Source: Lama glama (Eukaryota). From it: a stretch of 64,000 nt of DNA. The notes under the pieces are model-generated. The model ran no database searches and was not told the DNA's origin. It worked only from the letters and a program-made list of their open reading frames with translations. A program made the translations under genes and the position numbers. Of the stretch, positions 27,295 to 41,465 are shown one piece after another; within the stretch, counting starts at the first letter, position 1, and every line of letters begins with the position of its first letter. Location of the stretch: the NCBI GenBank assembly GCA_028534125.1, contig CM052817.1:14758001-14822000 (forward strand), given 5' to 3'.

Positions 27295-27822
27295 CTAAAA
27301 AAGACAAAAAAAAATAGTAAGTTACCTAATATATGTACACCATTGATATCAAAGTAATATAGCTTGTTATGTTTATTCCTATGAGGTATTCTAAGATGTC
27401 ATTTATTACCCTAAGAATTTTTGAGATGCCCTACGAAAAAGGGAGCTTCTTTCTCTGAGAAACAACCCGAAACAGCTAACTCGCACATCTTGTCACATCT
27501 TAAATCGTCCCTGTCACAATGAACCAAAATTTTTGAAATTAATAGGGAGAGAAGTCAACGCACAATAGCTCTAAGTTCTGTGTCAGAATAAGAAAATGCC
27601 ATGTACATTTATGTAATTAATCAACTTACATAAGTTGAATGTTTAAAAACTAGAAACTTAAAAGAAAAAGTGCAAAACAAGTACCTTACAAAAAACTGAC
27701 TTTTAAAGAAATACAGTATCTTCTAGATACCATTTCAATAATGCTGAATACTATTTGTAATTTACACAAATCTCTATGTGTGAAAATATGCTTTTTGCAC
27801 ACACAGACAGACACAGTATTAC

Positions 27823-28342
27823 TGAGGTGGGAAGCCCCTTAAAGACCAGCAGGACCCCGATGCAGGGCCACTACTTTCCCACCGGCACCATCTGGTTCCC
27901 TGGCCTGGCAGCATTATCTCACTTTTGTGCTTCTGAAAAACAGCTTGCTTCTAGGAAAGTGGAACTTACCCCTAAGATTCTATTGGTTCTCAAAGCTCAC
28001 TCCTGATTGGTCCATTTGTAACACCTACTCTGCATATGGCGTGAACCTAGCTCACTCCTGATTGGTCCATCTGTAACACCTTATTTGTGTAAAGCTCACT
28101 CCTGATGGGTCCATTTCTAACACCTACTCTGCATATGATGTTGCAAAATGTTGCAAAGTCTTGACTGGTAGCCTATAAAAGTTTGTGTAAACCTACAAAC
28201 CAGGTCCAGAGCTTGGAGTGTTAACTCCTCTGGGCCTGTCGGTGTAATAAACCTGAGTTCTCCAACCCTCAGAGTATTGTTTGGTCTCTCGCCTGGATCC
28301 AGGTTGCTGTAACACTGAGCTGTAACACACCTTGCTGTAACA
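27823..28342 (+). mobile_element. Solo ERV1-type LTR in intron 1
   Basis: TG...CA termini with 4-bp TSD TTAC (27819-27822 and 28343-28346); repeated ATTGG units, TATAAAA 28174-28180, AATAAA 28246-28251. Confidence 0.88.
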
Positions 28343-29952
28343 TTACAATATTGTACCTCATGTATTAGGATGACATTCTTAAAAAAAAAATGAACTGGAA
28401 ACAAACAAAAATGATTTTAAAAGAGTCCTAGTCAAGTCACCCGCATAAAGACTTGCCTAAGAGAGCATGGGTACTAGATCTTGCTTTCTCTCTAGGCTTT
28501 GTAACTATGCTCCTTTTGCAGCTTGAATGCCAATAAAAAATTTCCACACAGAAGACAAAAATGCTACAGTTCCCTAATTTGGGGGAATGAGATCAAGACA
28601 AGGTAAATGAAAAAACCAAGGCATAGAAAGTTAAATGAATGGCCTGAGATTACACTAGCAAATAGCAGAGCCAGATGTGAACCCAGGCCCTCTCCACTCC
28701 AACCCCCTATTTCTCAACACACACCAGCACTAGTCAAGAGACACACTTACTGGCAATTTAGATAGAAAATTCTCCATCACACAGGGTATCGCACAAGTTC
28801 AGGGGCCCTCTTCACACTGGGTATAAGGCTGAGTGCTGCCCCCCTGCCCCCACTGGGAGGGTGCAACACTGCATATACAAATGTTATCAGAGGATACCTC
28901 TGAGTCTTAAGATTTCAGGTATTCATTATCACTTTGTCTACTCACATCTTTCTTTTTTAAAAAGTCCATTATGTGTATGAAAACAATCAAGAAATAGCCA
29001 TCTGATTGATTTCCTTTGGCTATAAGTGGATTTTTTTTTAATTGCAGTAATATAGATTAACATTTCACAACATTTTTGCTGGATGAATAGGACCTTCTAA
29101 AGTCAAGCATCCTTGCGCTTGGAGCCCAGCTCTTATCACTTTTAAGTTACACTGATCTTGGGCAAGTCCCCCCACCTCTCTATGACAGAGCTCCTCATTC
29201 GTAACACGGGAACGAGAGCATACAACATCAGCAGGAGAGCACAAATGCCTAACGCGCTCAGTGGGTATTAAGCTTCAGATTCTATTCTAGGACACACACC
29301 TTCCCTCATTTTAATGTTTCTAAAGACAACATGTATTTGCAATCAAAGTATACTACTCTGCAGTATTTTGTCTCTCCTCCAAGCTGTTGCTAAGGCAAGG
29401 ATGAGTCTTCAACTGTCGGGACCAAGAAAACATGGTGATCAAGAACATTCCAATTAAAATATCATTTTCTCTAGTCAAAATTGCAAAAGGTTTTTTTTTT
29501 TTTTTTAAGTGAGGCAGCAGACACAGGCAAAAGCAAACCTTGACTTGGACATGGCCGCAAAGGTCACTAGAACCCTATTTCCCCAGCAGCCCAGCAATCT
29601 GCAATCCAGAGCCACCAGCCTTGCTTTCCTAAGTTAACAAGTTACCAAATCTGACAAGAAATATATTCAATGACCTTATTTAAGCATGATTTATAACAGA
29701 CAAAATTGGAAGCTACTATAGAGGTCAGTTTTTGTAAGGTACGCCGAACAACAAAATTTTATGCATCTATTAAAAAAGGATGCTTTGAAAGAAAACGTGA
29801 TAAAGGAAAATGCTTACAATCAGTTAAAAAGCCAACAGTAAAACTGATACCACTGACTGAAAAGAATCTATGTAGAGACAAAAAAAAAAGACTTAGAAGA
29901 AATATATCATAATGATCACTATCTTAGTAATGAGGTTTCTATGTCTCTGTTC

Positions 29953-30061
29953 TTCTTTTTTTTTTCTTTAATTTTTTTCCTTAATGGAGGCACTAGTGAT
30001 TGAACCCAGGACCTCATGCATACCAAGTATGTGCTCTACCACTGAGCTATACCCACCGCCC
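29953..30061 (-). mobile_element. tRNA-derived SINE (Vic-1-like)
   Basis: Minus strand reads gggtatagctcagtggtagagcacatac...gaggtcctgggttcaatcactagtgcctccatt plus A tail. Confidence 0.85.
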
Positions 30062-31617
30062 TCTCTTTCCTTCTTTATAATCTTGCAGTATCTTTTCAAA
30101 TATCTAGAATAAGATTCACTTTTAAAATATACTTTCTGATAATAAACATAAGAATTTTAACTACTAAGTATAGCTTGAAATTGAGTTAATTGTGATATAA
30201 TTATATCTTAGAAATAGACAATGAAGAATATCTTATTTATACTTTAAGACACTTATTTACATCCAAAGATTTATGTAGTGACTGTAACTTAACAGACACC
30301 AAAAGTAGCTCAAAGAATAGTGTTGATATCTAGAGCCCAAGGTTTTCACTGAGACCCCACCAGTAACAAATGATTTAATTTCTGACAGTCACTTCACTCT
30401 TCTAGGCAGACTTCTGTTTCACCATTTTTAAGACGGAAGAGATTAGGCCAGAATGACCACCAAGATCCTTCTAGCTTCTTTTAATTTTCTATAATTATTC
30501 ATGTTTTAATGAGCAAAGCTGACAAACTTTATGATGGAGAATTTACAACCAATAAACCAAAAATAAGGAAATAAAGGAAGACTACACAAGCTACCAAGCT
30601 CCATGACATTATCTCGTTTTTGAATAAAGAATGAAACCCAAATAGGGAAGTAGCTTGGGGAAAAACTGCCAGGCTGGTGACTGAGTTACATTCACTGAGA
30701 CTCGGTATTGCTTCAGCAAAAGGACTGTCATTTGCTCAGTCATAAAGGCTTTAGTACAATAAATGATAGATTTTATTGAGGCGAGTAAAAGGGAAGGCAT
30801 TTCATCACACTTAAAAAGTTATAACTGTAACCTTAAAAATACTGTTTACAACCTCATGTTAATATATTCAGTCTACATATTACTTGATGTGTTTAAGTTA
30901 GATTTTGTGCAAGAAAACAGGATCAGTATGAATAAATCTACTCTGCAGACAGCTTTTATACTCAATTTTGAGACGTGGGCACTGTGGAACTAGCAAATGC
31001 ATAATATCATGTATCATCATAAACCGAAAACCCATTCATAATCAATATTTTTGCTGACATCTTTGAAATTTCCAACTTTCTAGGAGGTAACTAAATGAAA
31101 AATGTAAAACCTGACCAAAGTTATAAAGCTTATATATACCCATTTCTGTTCCATACTAATGATGTTACCACCCCATGATCTATAGACAATGCTTAGGAAT
31201 GCTGTTAGGGGCTCATGCCTCTTGAATTTAAACACGAGAAGAGTCTGATGTCCACTGCTACCATTTAGCACAGCACCAAGTTAAGTTCAGCACATCATTT
31301 GTGCTGAAACATGGAAAAAGGAGTAAGACTTAATGTAGACATGTTTAAAAAAAATCAAAAGTTTATGGAGCAGAAAGAAATAAAAATTTAGCATTACGAT
31401 TTCTCAGTTGTTTGCCATTCCAGCTCCCAGAACGGAATGCTGTTAACATCACCCGCACCCTGCAAGGCAGAAGGCAGGGGACAATATTCCTCCTGAGAGG
31501 AACTGAAAATATATTTCAAGAGTATTAAATATTCAGAGCAAACTTAGGAACATAATTCTTGAACTCACTATCATTTCCTGAAGGAAAAAAAAAGTCAGAT
31601 AAGCAATCAAATAAGGT

Positions 31618-31775
31618 TACAGTGGGATGAATGGTGCCCCTTAAAAAGATATGCCCCCCAGAACCTGCGAATGTGACCTTAACTAGAAAAAGGTGTGTGT
31701 GATAGAAAGGTTTTGAGATGAGATCCTCCTGGATTAGGGTGGGCTCTAAACCCACGTGTCCTAGAAGAGAAGGGA
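31618..31775 (+). mobile_element. MaLR LTR fragment (MLT1C-like)
   Basis: gaatggtgcccc...cagaacctgcgaatgtgacctt...gagatgagatcctcctggattagggtgggctctaaa. Confidence 0.7.
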
Positions 31776-31861
31776 ATCCTCAGAGGATCAGGTGAAAACA
31801 AGGACAGTCTCAGAAAAAGAGAAAGAGAAAATGGAAAGCAGGCAGATTAGAACCATAGCTA

Positions 31862-31990
31862 GAGGGGAGGGTATAGCTCAGGGGTAGAGCACATGCCTAG
31901 AAAGCATGGGGTCCCAGGTTCAATCCCCCGCACCTCCATTAAAATAACTAAATCAATGAATAAACCTTATTACTTGCCCCCACAAAAAAG
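31862..31990 (+). mobile_element. tRNA-derived SINE (Vic-1-like)
   Basis: ggggagggtatagctcaggggtagagcacatgcctag...caggttcaatcccccgcacctccattaaaa. Confidence 0.85.
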
Positions 31991-32099
31991 AAGCATAATA
32001 ACCAAAGATTTTCCAGAACTAGGGAAAGGCGCAAATGGGACTAAAATTTTAAAATGTTATGTATTTTAAAAGATTCCTTTTGATTTTTTAAAATCTGCC

Positions 32100-32650
32100 A
32101 CAATGTTAAAAGATAAACAACAAATATTTACAACGACTATCAAAGACAAAGGACTGATTTCCCAAATATATCAAGAGCTCTCAAAAAAAAAAATCCAGCA
32201 AAGGCCACGAACAGATAGTTCAACAAAAGTAAACACTAATGGATCACAATCACATGAAGGGGTATACAACTTCAGTCACAAGAGAGATGTAAGTTACTAA
32301 AATAAGACCATAAATCACTTACCAGAATGGGGGAAAATGTGATAACACATTTTCTATTCAGAGAGAAACAGCCACTCATACTTTGCTGTCAATTAGTACA
32401 AACACCGTGGAGGGCAAAAGTACAAGTGCAGGTATAATAACTGATCCAGTAATTCCTCTTCTGGAAATTTCTCTAAAAGGCATACTTGTACTTGTGCAGA
32501 ATATAGTACATGTTACATAATTATATATTTATATAACACAACTATCCATTGCATTATTGTTTATAAGAGCTAATTACCGGATGTTTAGATTGGTTCCAGG
32601 ATTACAGGTTTGGGTCAAGTCATCCATAAAATGGTACCATGCAGAATGGG
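32100..32650 (+). mobile_element. Old L1M ORF2 remnant
   Basis: aaatatttacaac...gacaaaggactgatttcccaaatatatcaagagctc...gatccagtaattcctcttctggaaattt. Confidence 0.65.
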
Positions 32651-33019
32651 GGGGAAGGAAGCTCTTCAGGTATTCACACAGAAGGACCAGAGGCATACTT
32701 GAGGGCATGCATTTACATCTTAAAAGTGTCTATCCCCTGACACTTCTGATTTGCTCAAATAATACTGCAAACTGATTCTGTACTGTATTTCTCATGTAGA
32801 ATAAAACCTGTTATTGCTACATCTTTATCAGGTACAAAAAAATAAGACAATACAGCGAGGCTATGCTTTTGAGTCACTAACGTCAACGGGCACACAGCCT
32901 AAATCTTTAGGGCCACCCGTTAGAAGCGACAACCAGAAACGTCAGCCCCTCAGAAGTGAATGTTTAGTGCTTTGCCTCATTTATCCCACTAATGAAAACT
33001 GGTTCCTCCCCCATGTTCC

Positions 33020-33340
33020 CTGGGAGCAGCCAAATCCCACCCACCACCTGTCCTCCTGACAGCCCATGGGCTCTAAGAATGGTTTTTATGTTCCTTGATG
33101 GTTGATAGAAAACCAAAAGAATAATATTTTATGACACATGAAAAGTCTATGAAATTCAAATTTCAACATTCCTGAAGTTTCACTGGAACACAACCATGCC
33201 CATTTGTTCCCACATTATCTACGACGGCTTTGATGCTCTGATGGCAGACGTGAGCAGCGCCAACGCAGACTGTCTGGCCGAGGAAGTCTAAAATATTTAC
33301 TATCTGGCTCTTTATAGAAAAAGTTGGCTGACTCCTATGT
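33020..33340. mobile_element. hAT-Charlie MITE (MER58B-like)
   Basis: ctaagaatggtttttat...tatgaaattcaaatttca...aaaatatttactatctggctctttatagaaaaagtt. Confidence 0.75.
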
Positions 33341-34009
33341 TACTATACTCTGCCCCAGCCTGTTCTCTGTTTTCAGACAAATGAAAATCAAGTGCTAATT
33401 TCTAAATTAATTCTTCCCAGCAAGAAAGAGCTAAGAGTTATCTAGAGGGTTTCAGAACACCCTGTCGGTTTGAATCATCTTTATTTTAAAATCACATTTA
33501 ATTCCGCATGCCGTCAGCAATGACACACATCAGCAAGTCCCAAGTATTACCAGGCTGTTCGCCAATGTGCCCTTCTGTTCATGGGATGCATTCATTCATT
33601 CCTGCAGAAAAAATTCTGGATGATATGCTTCAGTCCGTGTGTGTCAAAAAAAATGTGCCCTCACTCTGTCTGCTGCATTTTGTTTTAACAGCACTTTTCA
33701 TTATCTGAAATTACTGTGCTATCTGTCTATTTACCGTGTCTCCCATGACCAGGTACAACCCATAAGGTGTGGAGATCTTTTCCATCTTTACTGCCACTGC
33801 ATTGCCACAAAAAAAGAACGTGGTGGTGAATGTGTGAGCCGTTCTTCATGTGGATAGACACTCGTTCACTGCTCACAAGAACACTGTGAAACTGGTACTA
33901 CTACTTTCTCTAAAACAATAACAACAAAAATTTACAAGTTCGGTAACTTGCCCAGGTTCACGCTGGAACCAGGGAGCGAGTGAGGATTCAAACAGCACCT
34001 GATGCATGA

Positions 34010-34490
34010 GTGACCCCTGTGGCTGCGGAGGTGCGCCACGCCACTCACATCTCCCTTCCAGAGAGACCCTGCGCAGGAGAGCAGGGAGCTGAACGCTCCA
34101 GCTGCAGCTGTCCAGAGGACCAGCCTCAGTTTCCAAACAAAGGCCACCCACTTTCCAGGGAATGCCAGCCCATGACTGAGCACAGCAGGGATGAGGGGGT
34201 TCTCCTTTCCCGGCCAGGACAGACTCCCCAGTGATCTGTCTCTGCACCAGAGCTTCCTGCTGGGCTGGCCAAGACTTTCATACAGCTTTGCCGCAGTCTG
34301 AGGCCTGTCCTACCCTCAGCGTCCTTCCTCCACCCGCCTCTTTCACAGGCACCACACCTGCATCCCAACCGAAATGCTCTCCACATCCCCTTCTGCTTTG
34401 TCTCCCTTTATTTTTCACAGCTGTTTCCCCAAATAAACATCTTACTAACTCCACTCTGGCATGTGCTTCCCAGACGATCCAGCTGACAAG
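34010..34490 (+). mobile_element. ERVL LTR (LTR16-like)
   Basis: 3' end tttccccaaataaacatctt...ctctggcatgtgcttcccagacgatcc resembles LTR16. Confidence 0.55.
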
Positions 34491-37400
34491 ATGCCCACAT
34501 ATCTGTTCAACAAACGAAATAAATAAAAATACAGCTGGGTTGAAAGTTCTATGTTCAAAGATCCCTCCCTCAGGAATTAATGATACAGCATCTCCAGTGT
34601 CCTGGCATCCAGTGGTTCACATGAGAAGTATAAATCTCAGTTCCACACTCATTTCTTCTTCTTTCTGAGGCTTGTAGGGGGGCAACAAAAAAGAAGCTGG
34701 GGGGAATCAAAAAATTTACCAGAATATGTCTAGTTTTCTTCACTATTGTAATAAAAGTTGTCTTAAGATATTTTTTCCACACTTTAACCCTTCTAAAATT
34801 AGGACCATCTTAAAATGGATCTCAAAAGACACGTCCAGCTGCTAAGAAAAGGAATAAGTCATGAATTTGTCAGTAGTTGTCACTGCTGGCAAATACACAA
34901 ACTGTGGATGAATGTTAAATCTGGATCCTTAATTACGGCTTAATGTTTATACATTAAGGTTCACTACGATACAGCACTGAAATAAAAAGTTGTGTAATAG
35001 AAGACTGCATATTATATGGCAGTCAGCGGAATTCAAAGCAGTAGAAATGTTAAATCTCTCAGAAGTTAACATTTAGGAGAGGCTGGTGGGATTCATTCAC
35101 ATGTCATGGAGAATTATCACTGAAGCAGCTCTCATCTCATAAGCTGCCAGCTAATTTATAAGAGAGGCTGTTAAACTTCCAGTGACAAGCGATGAAATGG
35201 GGGGGGGGGGCGGTACGGGATTGTTAAGTTAACCAAGTAAAATTCTAATATTCTTTATAGAGATCCAAACCATATTGCCAAGACTAAAGATGCAAAAGAA
35301 AAACTCAAGTTCACTTTTATAAAAAGCTCAGTGGTTTATATGCATCACGCTGTTAAATGTCTTAAAATACATTTATCGTACACACACAGAAAAACTGATA
35401 AAGGGGTAAAATGTTATTAATAGCAAAATCTGGCAAATCCTGGTATAAAATATATGAGAGTTCCACCCATTATTCTTATTCTTTTAACTGTCATGTAAGT
35501 TTGAAACTATATTCCAATAAAAAGCTTTGTATTACAATGACACTCTGCCTAACAAGACCAGTCAAGTGGTTCAGAAGAGCTCCAAAGGAGAGGCTGGGTG
35601 TTGATTTAAAAGGAAGTGATACTTCATGGAGTGGGAAAAATAAATGGGCATTTTTAGAGACACCAGCACCCTCACTGAAAAGCTGTTTAGAAACAGGCAT
35701 CTGACCCTTGATGGCATCGAAGAATCAAACACCCGGCTTTTTCCTTCTCCATCCACTTCTTAGTTGGATACTCGGTCTCCACCATCTCTTAATTATGCTT
35801 CAAAATTCTTAAACCTTTTGCTTTCAATTTTGGAAGAACTCCTCGGCTCCATTTTCTAGACCACGAATTTTCTCGGTCCGTAGCGTTCCCATTTTGCTGT
35901 GGACCCCAAGCTCAAAGAGCCCTTGGCCGGCACAGTCCACCGGACTGCCTCCTCTGCTCACCAGCTCCTTCCCCTCGCCAGCCCCCGCTTTGTGGATTTG
36001 CTGTGTTCTTGGGTCTGAGACCAGGAATGAGCTGTTTCCTGTATTACCTTTCCTTCATCATTCTGTGGATCTCCTCTCACACACTGGCGACCCACGGCTG
36101 CCTGCTCATACTGACAGACGGGGGTCTGGACTGATGAAGAAGGTTTCTCTTGCCCACATGAAAATGATAGGGAATGGGTAGGAAAGGGAGGCGAACAAAG
36201 TGCCCTTATTTTGAGGTACAGAGCCCCATATCCTCAGAAGGTAGGGACACGAGAGAAACCTCCAGTCCCCGACAACTTCTCCTTCCGGCTACAGTCGCCC
36301 ACTGGTATTCTGCCTGACAAATCCCCCAACATATTTAAAACTAAGCTAAGGGCTTTGTCGCAGAGGCAGCCCTACCACCAAGCCCTCTGAGCCCAACTCA
36401 AGGGAAGCGGAGCTGCAGCAGCTGTTCCAGGGCTATTGGTCCCTGCGGAGCGCTCTCTCACCCGCCCCCTGCCTCTCCCTATAGTTTCAATTCTTGGGAC
36501 GCTTCCAGGACCCTGTTAAGAAAACGCATTAGCTGAGTTATCCCTGCTCTTGTCTCTATGGAGTTGTAAGTTCCTTTGCTGGGCAGTTTCCCCATCAACC
36601 TGATCCCATCTGTTTTATTTATTCCACAGCAACCTCCATGCTTCTGGAACACGGCAGCACCTTTGTCATTTTCCAGCCCCATTAGTTACGGGTCTGTTCA
36701 TATTTTTATGCTTCTTCTGTCGTTTTTCCGCAGAAATTTGGCAGGGAAGGAGAAAAAGTAAACAAGTGTGGTTCAATGTATAACCACTGAGGGGGTTGCA
36801 AAGGAGCCATTTCCTAAAAGTGGAGGCCTCCTTCCTCTCCTGCCTCCCCTCTGGATGCTGAATGCCTGGGGGGGCCGGGTTTGGTGTCTAGCCCACCCCA
36901 TCCCTCACGCAGGGAGGCTAGCCTTTCCCTTGACGAAGTTGCCAAAACCCAGAGAAAAGTCTCAAACCACCTCTCACTTAACAGGATGATGACGTCTAAC
37001 CACAAGGGTACCTGCTGAAACAGAATGCGTCATAGGTCAACCCAAGTTAAAGCTGCAGGCTCCCTGTAAAACAATCAGGTGTCCCCGAGCACACCCATTC
37101 CTAAGTGCCGTAGTCATCCTGGCCCAACATCCAGCCCCCAAATGCAAAACAAGGGATGCACGCCGGGCCTGCCGCAGGAAGCTGTAGTTCTGTTCTCTGG
37201 CCTGGGGCTATAAAAACAAAATCCAACTGACAACATTTTAAAGATCTTAACTGGCTTTATTCAATAATGCATGGATTTGGTGAATTGGGGGAGAGTTCAG
37301 TATACTTAGCCTGCCTTCGTGAAGCTGTAAGCGAGAGTACTTCCAACTTCAATCTCTGCACAGTGTACAGTTTTTTTTAAATTAGACAGCAAGCCAAAGA

Positions 37401-38312
37401 TATCAACAGCTAACACACTATTACACGGTCACAATATAATTTGTCACCAGACACTTGATGTTTACATTTGCATTAATAATTACACCAAGACAACAGGTGT
37501 CAACCTGGGCATATGGTCACCCTTAGCTACTCAAATTGTTCATTAAATAATCATTCAAGTTCCCAGGCATTTTTATCAAAGACCTGACTTTTTGTTAGAA
37601 GGTCTGCTTTTTTGTATAATTATTTCAGATTCTTTATTCAGTAGCTTTATAAATAAAAAGGAAATTATCTACTTTTCTGCTTTAGAATTAGTTCACATAT
37701 AATCAAATAGCATTTGGTTAATTAAGAAAAGCTAAATGTTTTTTTTAATGTCATACTATCTTTTGAAAACACCTAAAAACGAAAAACTGTGTATTAATGA
37801 ACACTTTATGTTATCTAATGAACACATCAGCTCAATGAGAAAAGGGAGCCCCTTTTTCAAGGTGTCTGTAAGATCATAAAGAACACTGGACACTTAATAT
37901 TTATGAATACAATTAAAGCAAGTTTATTTGGTTTTTTAATCAAATAGAGAGCTTTCTCCTGGGACCATACTGAGGTTCTTCTAGGACTCTGAGTCTGATT
38001 TTTAAGCTGATATTCATGACAAACCTACTACGCATTAATTGAGAATATATCTGAACATCTACTATGTCCTGAGAGTGCCATTAAAGGACACAAAAATAGA
38101 CCTTAAGAACTAATACAACAGACGGCTCTGAGTATGAAGTGCTACAAGACGGATGCATAACTGATTCCAAGGGAGCACAGAGTTTTAAATGTTGCTAAAA
38201 TAAGGGTGATGAAGGGAAACATTTCTAATCTTTGTTAAAAAAAAAAAGAATAGGAATTTAAAGGGCAGACAGGAAGGGGAAATCCTTTAAACAGAGATAA
38301 TCTCTCAAAGGT

Positions 38313-38445
38313 CTGTATTAGTTTTCTTTTGCTGCATAACAAAGTACCACAATCTGAGTGCTTTAAATCAACATCAATTCACACCATTCTGCAGGTCAGA
38401 AATCCAGGCACCCAGTGAGCGGGTCCTCTGCTCAGGGTGCCAGCT
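38313..38445 (-). mobile_element. MaLR LTR fragment (MLT1-like)
   Basis: tgtattagtttt...gctgcataacaaagtaccacaa...ttctgcaggtcagaaatccagg. Confidence 0.6.
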
Positions 38446-38679
38446 GGCTGCAGAGAACTTGGATACCAATAGTGGGGATGCTCCTAAGTTCACGAATGGG
38501 GTGGACAGAGGAGGGGAGTGAGCAGACACATCACCAGTGAGGTATTTCTGCCAGAGTCACGCTGGAATCTGAGCAGTGAAAAGTGGTATCCGTGATTTTA
38601 GTTTGCATTCCCCATTGTGAATTTGTGCTCCCTTCCTGTGAAGGTCTGGAATGCCCTTTGACCATTACAACACACCGGT

Positions 38680-38890
38680 TTTAAGTCTGAGTTCTCAAGC
38701 CAGACTGCCTCAGCTCAAACCCTGGTTCCATCACTTACTGCCAGGGTGACCTCAGGGAAATTAACGAGCTCTCTGCCCCACCTGCTCAGGCACAAAAGAG
38801 GGATCATAATAATAATGGCCTCATCAGGGAGCTACAACAATCAGCTAACACCTAAGCCACTTACAACAGGACTTGGCACATTCAGCAAAC
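38680..38890 (+). mobile_element. MIR SINE
   Basis: agccagactgcctcagctcaaaccctggttccatcacttact...gtgacctcagg...aacaggacttggcaca. Confidence 0.65.
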
Positions 38891-41261
38891 ATTACCTATT
38901 ACTGTTGGCCCCTATTTCTAATACATCACCTGTCTTTTCTCACCAAGTCGTAGGAGGTTCTTACTACATGGGAACCAGCATTTTCCAATACAATCTCCCC
39001 CAAATCCTTAGGCAGCTGGTCCAAGTGCTAGGTGCCAGTGCTATCAAAAGATACTCAGCACATTCTGGAAATTATCACCGAAGAGTGAAATCATTACTTC
39101 TGACAAGGATTGTGCTTACTACTAAGCACAGAATTGAAATAATCCTACTGGTAAGAAATCTCCTGAGACCTTTGTAAATGCAGGTGACTGAGCCACTCTT
39201 TTAAAGTATATCGCCCAGAGAAGAACCCTGATACGTACAAAAAGCCACGTAACCCTAAGATTGTAAGAAACCAAACAATTAATCCAGTGATTAACAGAAT
39301 TTCGGGCTTCCAGGGCTGTTGGCATATAGCAGCCTGTGTGCCCCCGCCTCCCCATCCCATGCCAGGTCAGGAGTCAGTTCTGGTACTTTCCTGATAAGCT
39401 CAGGCAACACTCCTGTGGCTCCTCCCCATTCATAGGTGCCATCATTCAGGAAATCTATTTGCCACGCTGGTTCTATTGCAGAAATTCTCTCATAGGCAGT
39501 TACTACTTCAATGTACTTTTTAACAGCTGATGGAGGAATCATGACCAGGAACTGGCTTGCCCACTAGAGTGTGTTATGTGTAGAGAGTCAACAGGGAAGT
39601 GCTGTGAAACAGAATCAGCCAGAACAGTGGCGCCAAGGATTTGTAATAAACATGTGGTCAGATGGTCAAAGCAGTCAAGGGTGGGGGAGCACACAGGCAG
39701 CCGAAATGATTGCACAACACAGAATCCGTAGGGTATCTGTAAAGTCACGAAAGGCAACTTCACTTTGCTAAAAAAAAAAAAAAGTCTATGTTCCTAAACT
39801 TTATGAACACCCCGTACATTCCTTTGATAACTCAGATAAGCAGGCTGGTGGCCTCACTGAGCTGGGGTCTAATACTCTATACTCTTGGGACAGAGGAAAA
39901 GAATGGGCTATTCCAAGAGACAACCAGGGTTTAGTACAAGAGCTCGTCAAGGGGTCAGATCTCACACAGGAACTCAGGGACCAAGAAAAAAAAAAAAAAA
40001 TCCAGTTAACAGGATGAAAGCACAAGGTCCTGCGGATGCTGGGATGAGCCCTAGGGAATGAGGGCAGGTCCCAGCCAGTAACTGAGGGGCAGTTAGCCTA
40101 AGATGGGTGGGAAGAGGTCTGCGGGCTGGAGAACCAGGCAGGCCAGGTGCTAAGGACTGAACAGACCCAACACCCACCCAGCAAACAGCCCTGGCACTTA
40201 GTCACTATTATATTGCGACGAGTGCCCTATAATACAACAATCTGAGCTTCATTGAATGTGCATACAAGCTCTGGATTTTTAAAAATTATCTCAGTAACCT
40301 TGAATTTCAGCAGCTAAAAAAACCTTAAAGATAATTTAATGCAAAGCCCTATTTTACTCTTCAGGAAAGCAAGAGCCATAAAAATTATGATTTGCTAAGG
40401 GTCACCATTCTACTTGGCAGCAAAGCCGATGTGAGCCTCCGTATCCATTCAGACTCGTTGCTGTTTCCCCTGTATCCTCCTTTCCAGTCATCGGTATCAA
40501 ATAAGGGGTAGGAATGCCAGTTCCCTGCCTACCCAGACTCAGCTTTGACAGGCAGGTGTCAGTGGTCCCTAAAAAGAGCTTTATGGGTTCTTTCCACTTC
40601 CCATGCAGACCTACCAAAAACGCACCTGCGCCCTATGATGTCCTTATTCCTTTCATCTTAATATGGCAGCTATGACTGAGACAGGTCATTGATTACTCCA
40701 GGACCAAAATTTCAATCTCAAGAATGCAGGTAAGAGGACTCCAGAATAATCAATAATACCACACTGAGGTCCTAAGTATGATGCCCGGGTCACCTGGTAA
40801 CAGCAAAACAAGATGTTAAACTTCCTCCCTGAGTTAGCTGAACAGCAAAACAAGTACCAGGTAAAAATTCAAAGTTCCTTTGTTTTCACATCAGTCAGCC
40901 AGCTCTAAAGAAATGGTTTAAACAAGTCTCCTGTATCTTTTGTTCTACAAAGTCTTACCCCCACCCCTACTGCCAAAATGAGCATTCACGTTGTGACTTT
41001 TATGGACCTAGTAACAGTGAGACTTACAGGCCTAAAGGCCACAGTCCTGGGCCAGAAGTCTCAAGTGTGCAACTGGAGAGGACCAATTTACCTGTCCACA
41101 CTCAGTTGGCACACCTGAAAAATGGGGACACCACCAACCTGGAGAAGTTGTTTTAACAACTGAGACGCGTATGCAGAGCACTTGGCACAGTATGGCACAT
41201 GATATATGTCACAACGCTGGTTGCCATCAGAACTTGTAGATCAGTTAAGGGCACTTATATA

Positions 41262-41465
41262 CAGTTGACCGCTGAACAACATGGGGGTTAGGACCCTCCA
41301 CCAAGTCGAGAATCCGAGCATAATTTATAGTCAGCCTTCAGCATTCAAGTTAATCCAGATTTACGATTCACCAACCTCAGTCTATAGCATTTACCACTGA
41401 TAAAATTCCATGCGTAAGTGCACCCCTGCACATGACTCAAATCCATGTTGTTCAAGGGTCAACTC
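41262..41465. mobile_element. Tigger-derived MITE (MER8-like)
   Basis: TIRs cagttgaccgctgaacaacatgg and ccatgttgttcaagggtcaact, preceded by TA. Confidence 0.85.

Noticed and set aside
27992..28137. Spaced direct repeats superficially like a CRISPR array
   Set aside because: Only three degenerate units with short related spacers, inside an LTR U3 region of a mammalian intron; no cas genes.
22051..31990. tRNA-like sequences at 22051, 29953 and 31862
   Set aside because: They have A/B boxes but also A-rich tails, a TSD in at least one case and mutual divergence, so they are SINEs rather than tRNA genes.
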